IMG/VR virus record: IMGVR_UViG_3300012232_000037
Location: 1-31,950 of that record
DNA length: 31,950 nucleotides
Origin: a virus
Taxonomy: Duplodnaviria > Caudoviricetes
Strand: one strand, 5' to 3'
Under the pieces are notes generated by a model. That model was not told the origin of the DNA. It ran no database searches and saw nothing but the letters and a program-made list of their open reading frames with translations. Below are positions 24,758 to 31,950 of the stretch, one piece after another. Positions within the stretch are counted from its first letter, which is position 1. Each line of letters starts with the position of its first letter. The position numbers were made by a program, and so were the translations under genes.

Positions 24758-25988
24758 GCTCGCGCTCCTGCTTCGAGAACGAGCCCCAGGTCTTCTGCAG
24801 GTCGCGTGCCTGTCTCTCGAGCATGTCCTGAGCAAGCGACTTGCCCTGCTGTTTCACTCCCTCCGAGGGACCCATCCTGACGTGCTCCACCTCTTCGATC
24901 ACCCGGCTCATGACGCCAGAGCGTTCGAAGGTGTGGCCGACGTAGTTGACCGAGATCCGACGAACCCTGCTCTCGAAGATCGCGTTCCTCTCGGGGAGAT
25001 CTCCGACCGTGTGCCAGTCCTTGGGGTCATCGGTCCGCAAGGCCATGTACGCCATCGCGTTCAGGTGAGCCACGGGCTTGTCGAGCGGCAGGCGGATCTC
25101 GAGGCGCGACATGAGTTCACGCCACGCCATCGAGGGAAGCTTGCGCTCCATCTTCTGAGGATCGAACGGCACACCGGCCTTCTGCTCCTCATCGTAGGTG
25201 AAGCCGCGAAGCGCGAACTGCTTCTCCTTCCAGAAGGCGATGAGCTCGTCCATCAGGTTCCGGAGTTCGGTCCGGGCCTGGAGCATCGTGGTCCGCACCA
25301 TGCCCTGCGGAGCCTTGTCCGAGTGCCCGTGCTCGAGGAAGATCACGTACGGGACCGAGGTGGAGATCCGGAAGCCCACGTGACCGTAGCCACGACCCTT
25401 GCCTCGCAGCTGCGGCGAGATCGTCCAGCCAGCAGCCGCTTCACCGGTATCGTACGGCGTCTTCCACACAATCTCCATCAGCGCCCAGCGTCCCACGTGC
25501 CAGACCACGAAGCGCGCACCGATGAAGGGGATACCGGTGATTGCCAGCAGTCTGTTGAGCGGAGCGCGGATCGCCTTGATGTTGACGAGCTGCGCCTTCT
25601 TGCCGAACCGATCCATGCGGGTCGAGAGGCGCATCTGCGAGCCAGCGGAGATGTACGGCAGCAACCCGAAGGCGGGGAACTCCTGGAAGCCGTGGAAGTC
25701 CCTCGGACCCTTCGCCTTGTGGGTGAGGGTGCTCCCGGGCATCTGGACCTTCTTCCCGCTGGAGGTGCGGAACGTCGGGCCAGAGATCTTCGTCGTGGCA
25801 GGCATCATCCGGGTGTGGGACGAGGGAATCGTTGAGGGGACCGACCGAGCCAGAGCCTTCATCTGACGAGAGCGGGCGATGTGCGCCATCGCGGTCTTCG
25901 CCAGACTGGCAGCGCGAGACGAGCCGGCACGAGGGTAAGTACCAGTGGTCTTACCCTTGTTCCCGCCAGTGTCGCGGACGATGCTCAC
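24750..25988 (-). CDS. HK97 gp10-like tail completion protein with long extensions (412 aa)
   Basis: Central TPYDTGEAAAGW...STSVPYVIFLEHGHSDKAPQGMV matches the gp10 family pattern (PxDTG...W...YxxxLExG). GGAGG RBS. Confidence 0.75.
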   Translation of the reverse strand: MSIVRDTGGNKGKTTGTYPRAGSSRAASLAKTAMAHIARSRQMKALARSVPSTIPSSHTRMMPATTKISGPTFRTSSGKKVQMPGSTLTHKAKGPRDFHGFQEFPAFGLLPYISAGSQMRLSTRMDRFGKKAQLVNIKAIRAPLNRLLAITGIPFIGARFVVWHVGRWALMEIVWKTPYDTGEAAAGWTISPQLRGKGRGYGHVGFRISTSVPYVIFLEHGHSDKAPQGMVRTTMLQARTELRNLMDELIAFWKEKQFALRGFTYDEEQKAGVPFDPQKMERKLPSMAWRELMSRLEIRLPLDKPVAHLNAMAYMALRTDDPKDWHTVGDLPERNAIFESRVRRISVNYVGHTFERSGVMSRVIEEVEHVRMGPSEGVKQQGKSLAQDMLERQARDLQKTWGSFSKQEREHE

Positions 25989-26003
25989 GTCTTCAGAACC
26001 TCC

Positions 26004-26420
26004 CTATTCTCTGCACCACAGGATGTACATGTAGCTCATCGGGTCTCTGTCGATGCCCAGCACGTGGTACGTCTTGTCGGAGAACTTCAGCTCATCGCCG
26101 ATCTTCGGCTCGATCTGCATCTCCTTGATTGAGACCTCAGCACGGATATCACCGACCTTCAGGTGGCCGTTAGCCACGTCGAGGAGGTCTCGGAAGTTGA
26201 TCACGTATCGACCGACGTGGCAGAGGCTGACCTTCTGCTCGGTGGTGTTCATCTTCCCGTCACGACCGAGCGTCTTCGTGTACCGGGTGAACATCGCCTC
26301 TTCCGGATTGTCGAACATCAGGTAGTCGTTAGACACATCCATGAACATGGCAGGCTCACGACACACCGCGAGATTCGAGGTGAAGTCGATCGAGCCGGTC
26401 AGGTCCTTGGTGTAGTCCAT
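26004..26420 (-). CDS. Head closure / head-tail adaptor (gpFII or SPP1 gp16-like)
   Basis: EPKIGDELKFSDKTYHVLGIDRD...YILWC beta-barrel pattern, and synteny. Confidence 0.7.
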   Translation of the reverse strand: MDYTKDLTGSIDFTSNLAVCREPAMFMDVSNDYLMFDNPEEAMFTRYTKTLGRDGKMNTTEQKVSLCHVGRYVINFRDLLDVANGHLKVGDIRAEVSIKEMQIEPKIGDELKFSDKTYHVLGIDRDPMSYMYILWCRE

Positions 26421-26439
26421 ATGTGTTGGCCTTTCGGCC

Positions 26440-26673
26440 TCAGTAGATCGGACTATCCGGAGTTACGAACTCCGTCTCCACGTACATCGGGTCTTCCGCG
26501 ACGAGGAGCGCGTTGATCTCCACAAGCTGCTGACGGAGCTCGCGCAGGTAACCGTTCCAGTCCACCTGCTGACCCGTGGCCGTCTTGTAGGACGCCTTCG
26601 GGGACGCGGTCACCTCCTTGATCCTTGCGATGATCTGGGACTTGATCGCGGCGAGCTCCGTAGCATCGCTCAT
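26440..26673 (-). CDS. Head completion / adaptor protein (gpW-like)
   Basis: 77 aa with helix, hairpin (SYKTATGQQVDW), helix (YLRELRQQL) layout, and synteny. Confidence 0.65.
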   Translation of the reverse strand: MSDATELAAIKSQIIARIKEVTASPKASYKTATGQQVDWNGYLRELRQQLVEINALLVAEDPMYVETEFVTPDSPIY

Positions 26674-26675
26674 CG

Positions 26676-27011
26676 CTAGACGGCCTTCGCCGGCTCGCGG
26701 AGACGGGTGTTCTCACCCGTCAGGACCTTCGTGTTCGCCGTCGCCTGACCCGAGTGCTCACCGGGCTTCTGCGACGTGATCGACACCGAGACCTCGTGCT
26801 GCGTGCCCTTGATGCCGAAGAACTCGTGCCACTTCTGGCGGGCTTCGCCCTCGTTGGCGGCCTTGACCACGCACCAGTCGTGCTTGGACTCGACCTTGTA
26901 GGCCCTGCCCTCTTCGGCCTTCGGCGTCGGACCGGGAGCCGGCGTCTCCTTCGGCGTCTCCTTCGGCGTCGGACCAGCTGCCGCACTCGCGGCGGGATTC
27001 GGGGTAACCAT
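26676..27011 (-). CDS. Hypothetical protein downstream of the capsid gene, with Pro/Thr/Lys repeats
   Basis: GAGGT RBS, start MVTPNPAAS. PTPKETPKETPAPGPTPK is encoded by 12-bp tandem repeats. Confidence 0.7.
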   Translation of the reverse strand: MVTPNPAASAAAGPTPKETPKETPAPGPTPKAEEGRAYKVESKHDWCVVKAANEGEARQKWHEFFGIKGTQHEVSVSITSQKPGEHSGQATANTKVLTGENTRLREPAKAV

Positions 27012-27047
27012 GCGTGCACCTCTCTTGTGTTGGGACTCCAGTCCCGT

Positions 27048-27089
27048 CAACTACCCGAGCCACCAGGCCTTGCGGCCTGGTGGCTGTTG
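27048..27089 (-). promoter_or_regulatory. Bulged GNRA stem-loop, copy 2, downstream of the capsid gene
   Basis: CAAC-AGCCACCAGGCC-GCAA-GGCCTGGTGGCT-CGGGTA-GTTG with a perfect 12-bp stem. Flanked by small hairpins CCAGC-CTC-GCTGG and GGGAC-TGGA-GTCCC. Confidence 0.75.
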
Positions 27090-27106
27090 GGGTCCAGCGA
27101 GGCTGG

Positions 27107-28288
27107 TCAGGCCTGCGGCTGGCTGAAGATCACGTAGCGCGGGTTGCCGACGGCGGCCACACCCATCTCCGAGCAGCGCCACGCGCCGATCACGTCCCGG
27201 GTGAACTCCTCCGGGTTGTTCGGCGGGGCCTGGATGACCGTGATCGGCCAGTTCTCCATGTACCAGAACGCCTGCTTGAAGTCGCCCGCGATGATCGTGC
27301 CGCCGGCTTCGGCCGACGAGAACGACAGCTCGGACTGCAGGAGGAGGTACAGGAAACGGGAGACGATCGGGTCCTGCCAACCCTGGAGCGGGTTCGCTCC
27401 GCGGGTCGACGCCTTGGTGCTGTCGGTCGTGTCCTCGTAGCCCACTTCCGTCGCGTGGAGGATGCGGCGGATCGTGTGCTTCAGCGCCGGGGTGCAGAGC
27501 ACCTCGAGGCTGGCCGCGAGGTCGATCGGGTTCTGCGTGTCCGGGTCGAGCATGTCGGCCCAGAGCAGTTCCATGTCCTGGAAGTCGGTCCAGTCCACGA
27601 TCGCGTGGCTCGGGATCTTGTTGATCCAGTTGCCGCTGGTGAGGTACGTGTTGTACGCCGTACCGCGCCAGTTGTAGTTGTTGATCGCGCCGATGACCAC
27701 CTTGAGCAGCCGCTTGAGGCGGCCGGTGGCCTGACGAGCGCCGATCGTCGAGCACTGGCGCAGGAGCAGACCCGTCCTGTCGAAGAAGATGGTCTCCTTC
27801 AGGATCTTGATCATCTCGCCGCGCTTGGTCGTCTGCGGCGTCTCCTGGTAGTCCTCGCCGAACCCGGTCTCCGGGAACTCCTTGCCCGGGTGGACCTCGA
27901 ACTCCTCGTCCTTGACCTTCTGGACGCCGGGGATCTTCTCACCCGAGAACTCCGTCGGGATGACGGTGCAGAGGCGGTTGAACAACCCGCCGTCGGCCTC
28001 GTTGTACCCCGCGAGCGTCTTCGAGTAGACGATCTGGCCGGTGATGTTCGAGAAGGCGGTGACGTCGACCGCGTCTTCCGCCGCGGTGATCAGCTGCGAG
28101 CCCGCGTGACGCGGGTGCAGCTTCTTCACCCAGTCGTGACCGCAGAACGCCTCCGCGATCTCCCGCACCGAGAAGTCCTCGGGCTTGAGCTCGCCGTCGG
28201 CCAGCGCGGTCCCGAGCTTGTCGCAGGTGGCCTGTGCGCCCTCGGAGGCGTACAGCTGCTTGAGGTTGACTCCGTGATTGCGCAGCAT
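27107..28288 (-). CDS. Major capsid protein (HK97 fold inferred)
   Basis: 393 aa after the protease and cement genes. TAFSNITGQIVYSK...GEKIPG...GFGEDY.ETPQTTKRG...KETIFFDRTG...NNYNWRG. Strong codon bias. Confidence 0.9.
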   Translation of the reverse strand: MLRNHGVNLKQLYASEGAQATCDKLGTALADGELKPEDFSVREIAEAFCGHDWVKKLHPRHAGSQLITAAEDAVDVTAFSNITGQIVYSKTLAGYNEADGGLFNRLCTVIPTEFSGEKIPGVQKVKDEEFEVHPGKEFPETGFGEDYQETPQTTKRGEMIKILKETIFFDRTGLLLRQCSTIGARQATGRLKRLLKVVIGAINNYNWRGTAYNTYLTSGNWINKIPSHAIVDWTDFQDMELLWADMLDPDTQNPIDLAASLEVLCTPALKHTIRRILHATEVGYEDTTDSTKASTRGANPLQGWQDPIVSRFLYLLLQSELSFSSAEAGGTIIAGDFKQAFWYMENWPITVIQAPPNNPEEFTRDVIGAWRCSEMGVAAVGNPRYVIFSQPQA

Positions 28289-28319
28289 TGTAGTGTGTGC
28301 TGTCCCTTCTGGGCCGCCC

Positions 28320-28799
28320 TTAGGCGGCCGCCTGCTCGCCGCCGTCCATGACGCGCGACTTGATCTTGACCATGACCTTCGTCAGACCCGTCCCGCGCCC
28401 CGCGCAGCGACCGATCGAACGCGCCTCGAGACCCGACGCGAAGGTGCCCAGTCGGACGACCTTCTGATCCTCGAGAGCGAAAGCGGAGGACTCCGCCACG
28501 CCCACGAGATCGCCGATCTCCCAGTTGGTGGAGTCGCACGGGAACTCGTGCACTCCGCCCGTGTCGAAACGGATCGGATCCGTGTCGTCGGCGCGGGACC
28601 GCTGAGCGGCCACACCGGCGAACTTGTCGTGGAACGTCTCCTGCGTGCCGGCGAGCGAGGAGCCCGCGGCCTGCGAAGACGCCGGACGGAGATCGTCCGT
28701 ATTGAGGTACAGCAGATCGCCGATTTCGACGACGATCGCTGCGTCAACGGCGCCCACCATCGGGGCGGGATCGCCGTACCTGTGCCTCTGCGTGTCCAT
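28320..28799 (-). CDS. Capsid cement / decoration protein
   Basis: 159 aa between scaffold and capsid genes. VEIGDLL, FAGVA, GVHEF, WEIGDLV, SIGRC pattern typical of cement proteins. Confidence 0.75.
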   Translation of the reverse strand: MDTQRHRYGDPAPMVGAVDAAIVVEIGDLLYLNTDDLRPASSQAAGSSLAGTQETFHDKFAGVAAQRSRADDTDPIRFDTGGVHEFPCDSTNWEIGDLVGVAESSAFALEDQKVVRLGTFASGLEARSIGRCAGRGTGLTKVMVKIKSRVMDGGEQAAA

Positions 28800-28805
28800 G
28801 GAGTG

Positions 28806-29819
28806 TTAGCTCCCCTTCCCGATGGCCTTGGCGAAGCCCTTCGACGTGGACGTGTCGTTCGTCGGGGCGCCGGCGTGCTCGCCGACTCCCTTCGCGATCG
28901 AGCGCGGCGTCGAGATCTTGCCGGTGGTCTTGTCCGCCAGTTCCTTGCGTTCGGCGAGCAGGGCGGTGAACCGCTCGTCGGACGTGCTCGACTCCAGGCA
29001 CATGGCCTGGAAGACGGGCGTGTTGAGGTGCTCGGGGAGCTTGGCTTCCCCGATCTTCGTCTTCCTGGTCTCGTCGCGCGTGGCCTTGGCGGTGACCGCC
29101 TTGTGCCCGTCGATCTCGACCTTGAGCTTCCCGTTCTCCGCCTCGGCGGCCGTGACCTTCGTCTCGAGCTCCTTGAGACGCTGGTCATTCGCGAGAGCTT
29201 CCGCGACGGTCAAGACCTTGAGGTCCTGACGCGCCGCCTGGATCGCCTCACGCGTCATGGAGTTGAGCTCCACGGGGTGATCTCCTTCCTGCATGGCGGC
29301 GCTTTCGTAAAGGCCGGCCGTGGTACCGCCATTGCTTACCACGTCGACCGAGTGAACCTTGGCGATTCTGTGCGTGTGGAACCAGCCGCTCTCGAGATGT
29401 CCCTCGAGGTCGGCCAGGTGAGACAGGGCGTAGGACGCCGGATCGTTCTCCGCGGCCCACTTGACCGCGTTCGCGAACGGGTGTCCGGGGTTGAGGTGGA
29501 GATCTCCGACGATGCCCCGCGACTCGTCGACGCGGGCGTTCCGGATCCGGCCGAACGAGGAGGTCGTGGCCGAACGCGGGACGTTCTTCTTCGCGGGTTC
29601 GTACAGCCCGGCGGGGTGATCGAAGTTCACCATCGCGTTCTCGTACAGCGAGACCGACGCCCGCATCGCGGCGACCGGGTACTTCCGCTTGTGAGACGGC
29701 GATTCGAAGCCGAGGACCTTCACGCCGGTGATGACGTTCGAGCCTTCGGCGATCTTCGTACCGGGTGCCGACCATTCGGCGACCGTCTCGCGCATGGGTC
29801 GTTCAGCGACTGAAGACAT
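28806..29819 (-). CDS. Prohead protease - scaffold fusion
   Basis: Protease-like N-terminus (GVKVLGFES, VNFDHP, GDLHL, ALSH, VHSVDVVSNGGTT), then a coiled-coil scaffold region. Confidence 0.85.
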   Translation of the reverse strand: MSSVAERPMRETVAEWSAPGTKIAEGSNVITGVKVLGFESPSHKRKYPVAAMRASVSLYENAMVNFDHPAGLYEPAKKNVPRSATTSSFGRIRNARVDESRGIVGDLHLNPGHPFANAVKWAAENDPASYALSHLADLEGHLESGWFHTHRIAKVHSVDVVSNGGTTAGLYESAAMQEGDHPVELNSMTREAIQAARQDLKVLTVAEALANDQRLKELETKVTAAEAENGKLKVEIDGHKAVTAKATRDETRKTKIGEAKLPEHLNTPVFQAMCLESSTSDERFTALLAERKELADKTTGKISTPRSIAKGVGEHAGAPTNDTSTSKGFAKAIGKGS

Positions 29820-31284
29820 AGGTCATCACTCCTTCCCGTCCGAGCATCTGCTCGGTCGCGGTCTTGGCCTTGAACTTGAAGCCCTTGCTGGCCATGAACA
29901 GGACGAACCCGTCGTCTGTCCAGTAGTGGAAATGCTCGTCGGGGCGGAAGTGCTTCGAACTCAGAGCATGCTCCCGGTCCTTGAAGATCGGCAGCGTGAC
30001 CACCACTCCCCTCTTGATCCTGTCGAGGATCTCGAAGTTCTCCAGGTGTTCCAGGCTGTCCCAGAACGTGGCCACGTCAACCGAAGCGAGGAGATCCGGG
30101 TTAGCCCAGCGACCGATGCTCTTCAGGTACTCGTTCGTGTGGGGATTGATGTCGTAGCCCAGGGCGTTGGTGGACCTCACGAACTGACAGGAACCGGGAC
30201 CCACGTCGAGCAGTTGTGCGTCGGGGAAGAACTCGTTGACGATGTCGATGCGGAAGTTGTTGAGCTGTCGGCCGAGTGGGGTCTGCTCGTAACCCGCGTA
30301 CTTGTCGAAGTACGCCTTGCCGTACTGGCCGTTCAGGTGGACGGGGTAGTAGCCGTAGCCCTTCTCGTCGTCCCACTTGAGAAGCGCCTTGCAGGCGACC
30401 TCCTTGAACTTAGCCTCGAGTTCGACGGAGTCGAGCACCTTGTTGCACGGCGGGTTGTTGCCGGGGTGACGCGAGGTGATCCCGCACTCGCACATCGGCT
30501 TGGGCTCGACGGCCGCGTACGGGGCACCGAGCATCCACTTCTCGACGAGCAAACGGTCAGGGACGTCGCCACCGTACAGGCAGAGAACCGGGGTCCTCAG
30601 AGCGATCCCCAGCGGAAGCATGAAGCCCACACTGGTGACGATGACGTCGGCGACAGCCATCAGTCCGATGAGCTGTTCCGTGGTGAACTGACCGTGCATC
30701 ACGGACCGGGCGACGCCCGTGAGGGGAGCGCCGAGCCGGACCTCTTCGGGTTCCTTGAGCCACCCGAGTTCCCACCACTCGAATTCCTGGTGCTGGTCGA
30801 TGAGCTGCTGCATGTACTTCGGGTCGTTGCCGCGGGCCGCGTTGGGCCACTCGGTCCGAACCGTTGCGGGGTGAACGATGGCGAACGGCTTGCCCTTCGG
30901 CTTGACACTGTTGGCCCACTCGATCCACTCGGGCTTCGCGATGTACTTGAAGTCCACCGGACCGGGGTTGAAGCCGGTGGAGTGGTACAGAGCCTCGGGG
31001 ATCGTCTGGCCTGCGCGGAAGTTACTGGTGGAGTAGCCTGGACGCTTGCGGTCGTACGGGGACTCCGGCGGATCGTCGTAGGGCTCGGAGTACGTCTCGA
31101 GATTCGCCGCCTGGGTTCGGAGCTGAGTCTCGGCCTTGAGGATCTTGACGGGGAGATCCCACCAGAGTTGGGGCCACGAGGTGCGGACCCAGACCTCCCA
31201 TCCCTGTGCGAGACAAGCCAGTGCAACGACACGCTGGTACGCGTTGTCGCCCATCCCATGCATCGTCTCGAGGATGACCCTCAT
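29803..31284 (-). CDS. GT9-like (GT-B) glycosyltransferase fused to a class I SAM methyltransferase
   Basis: N-terminal HGMGDN, IVHPAT, LIGLMAVADVIVTSVGFMLPLGIALRTPVLCLYGG and CEC...C (heptosyltransferase-like). C-terminal LLDVGPGSC, GYDINP, TFWDSLEHL, DEHFHYWT (Methyltransf_23-like). Confidence 0.85.
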   Translation of the reverse strand: MRVILETMHGMGDNAYQRVVALACLAQGWEVWVRTSWPQLWWDLPVKILKAETQLRTQAANLETYSEPYDDPPESPYDRKRPGYSTSNFRAGQTIPEALYHSTGFNPGPVDFKYIAKPEWIEWANSVKPKGKPFAIVHPATVRTEWPNAARGNDPKYMQQLIDQHQEFEWWELGWLKEPEEVRLGAPLTGVARSVMHGQFTTEQLIGLMAVADVIVTSVGFMLPLGIALRTPVLCLYGGDVPDRLLVEKWMLGAPYAAVEPKPMCECGITSRHPGNNPPCNKVLDSVELEAKFKEVACKALLKWDDEKGYGYYPVHLNGQYGKAYFDKYAGYEQTPLGRQLNNFRIDIVNEFFPDAQLLDVGPGSCQFVRSTNALGYDINPHTNEYLKSIGRWANPDLLASVDVATFWDSLEHLENFEILDRIKRGVVVTLPIFKDREHALSSKHFRPDEHFHYWTDDGFVLFMASKGFKFKAKTATEQMLGREGVMTYVFSR

Positions 31285-31445
31285 TTTCCGAAGATCCTTT
31301 CGAACCGAACCCGTTCCTCTGGGCTGGCATCCTTCAGGTACTCTCTGGCGTAGATCGAGAACACGTGCCAGATCCGCGGGTAGAGGAAGATCGACTTCAG
31401 AAGTCCCCTACCAAACTTCTTCTGAAGCGCTCCGCGAAGGGTCAC
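31281..31445 (-). CDS. Small hypothetical protein (54 aa)
   Basis: GTG 31445 overlaps the upstream stop and its own stop overlaps the GT9 start. MTLRGALQKKFGRG... Confidence 0.55.
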   Translation of the reverse strand: MTLRGALQKKFGRGLLKSIFLYPRIWHVFSIYAREYLKDASPEERVRFERIFGK

Positions 31446-31950
31446 GCTTCGACGGCCGTTACCTTGGTGGAGGCAGCCTTGTCGCTGTTCGGCGGCGGAG
31501 GCACGTCCTTGCCTGGCGAGTTCCACCACCGGAGGAAGTGACCCTTGCCACGGGTGAGACCGTAGAGTCCGACCAGACCGGAGGCGATCGCTTCCCACGA
31601 GTCGAGGATCTTCTTGCCGAGCGGAGTGCCCTCGGCCGCCGCCATGTAGGTCTTCCGCTTCGTATCCTGACCCGCGAGCTTGCTGGAGTGCAGGAACGCG
31701 TTCTCGGCTTCCGGTTCACCGGGGATCGAGGAAGCGAGCTTGTTGATGTGCAGCGTGTTCGCCTCGATCAGCGCCGATGGGATGCCGAGCATGAGGATCT
31801 GCCAGATGGGCGAACTGGCGTGGACGATTTCGCCGGCGTTCGACAGGGCCTCGTCGGCCTCGGCGGCGTTCGCGGGATCGGCCAAGACAGCGGCGTTGGC
31901 GAGCGCGTCGACCGCGTCGAAGTTCGCCTTCGCGAGCTGACCAGACACGC
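31442..31950 (-). CDS. Hypothetical protein, probably 5'-truncated by the window edge
   Basis: Open to the window end, Ala-rich and helical, with a weakly hydrophobic segment AIASGLVGLYGL near the C-terminus. Confidence 0.6.
   Translation of the reverse strand, partial: VSGQLAKANFDAVDALANAAVLADPANAAEADEALSNAGEIVHASSPIWQILMLGIPSALIEANTLHINKLASSIPGEPEAENAFLHSSKLAGQDTKRKTYMAAAEGTPLGKKILDSWEAIASGLVGLYGLTRGKGHFLRWWNSPGKDVPPPPNSDKAASTKVTAVEA

Larger units (their letters stand above)
1..31950. mobile_element. Tailed dsDNA phage or prophage genome segment, siphovirus-like
   Basis: Contiguous capsid, connector, tail tube, chaperone, tape measure and tail tip operon on the - strand. Helicase, PolA and ligase on the + strand. 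Dense ATGA/GTGA start-stop overlaps. No sheath gene or host housekeeping gene recognised. Confidence 0.95.

Noticed and set aside
44-24835. ORF-track starts that extend genes upstream (for example 44, 1965, 2585, 3025, 7391, 10675, 11789, 19167, 24043, 24348, 24835)
   Set aside because: Each has a downstream start with an RBS or an ATGA/GTGA overlap that removes a long overlap with the neighbouring gene or RBS. The refined starts are used in the feature list.
26421-26446. Minus-strand CTACTGA-GGCCGAAAGGCC-AACA resembles a hammerhead ribozyme stem II
   Set aside because: The core needs CUGANGA before and GAAA after the stem. Here they are CUACUGA and AACA, and I found no stems I and III. It is only a 4-bp GNRA hairpin, though it echoes the apex of the repeated motif.
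26925-26975. 12-bp tandem repeats as a possible CRISPR-like or origin array
   Set aside because: They are in-frame coding repeats (PKET units) with no spacers.
27046-27089. GTCAACTACCC plus hairpin resembles an IS200/IS605 end or the start of an IscB omega-RNA
   Set aside because: No TnpA, TnpB or IscB gene in the window, the second copy lacks the GTCAAC end, and the intergenic space is too short for an omega-RNA. A remote origin from such an element cannot be excluded.
27014-31353. Long + strand ORFs 27014-28351, 28278-29813 and 29728-31353 (also 12527-13552 and 24756-25835)
   Set aside because: Antisense shadows of well-supported - strand genes, with no motifs or coupling pattern of their own.
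1-31950. tRNA, rRNA, CRISPR array, integrase/att site, intron or intein, alternative genetic code
   Set aside because: None recognised. Genes tile almost without gaps under the standard code, and the helicase inserts lack intein terminal residues.

Overview
About 32 kb of a high-GC tailed phage or prophage with siphovirus-type gene order, laid out as two convergent arms that meet near 9.05 kb. The + arm (56-9044) carries DNA-metabolism genes: a HARP-domain SNF2 helicase, a pyrimidine-dimer-glycosylase-like protein, a SAM methyltransferase, a divergent family A DNA polymerase, an ATP-dependent ligase, and many small translationally coupled ORFs. The - arm (31950 to 9054) is the virion operon: GT9-methyltransferase fusion, protease/scaffold, cement protein, major capsid protein, head-tail connectors, tail tube, tail chaperone with a GGGAAAC -1 frameshift, tape measure, a Ser/Thr-rich fibre-like subunit, a double-propeller protein with a Dit-like end, a hub protein, and finally sulfotransferase-like and Maf-like genes. 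The head genes resemble those I associate with Planctomycetota proviruses (recognition, not a search). Terminase, portal, integrase and lysis genes are not recognisable in the window. Three leads stand out. (1) An 11-residue motif occurs 10 times in the propeller/Dit protein and once at the N-terminus of the head-closure protein, possibly a shared docking or donor strand. (2) Glycan-tailoring enzymes are embedded in the virion operon. (3) A 42-nt bulged GNRA hairpin is present twice, 27 kb apart, and all its differences preserve the structure. All family calls are by motif recognition; no searches were run.
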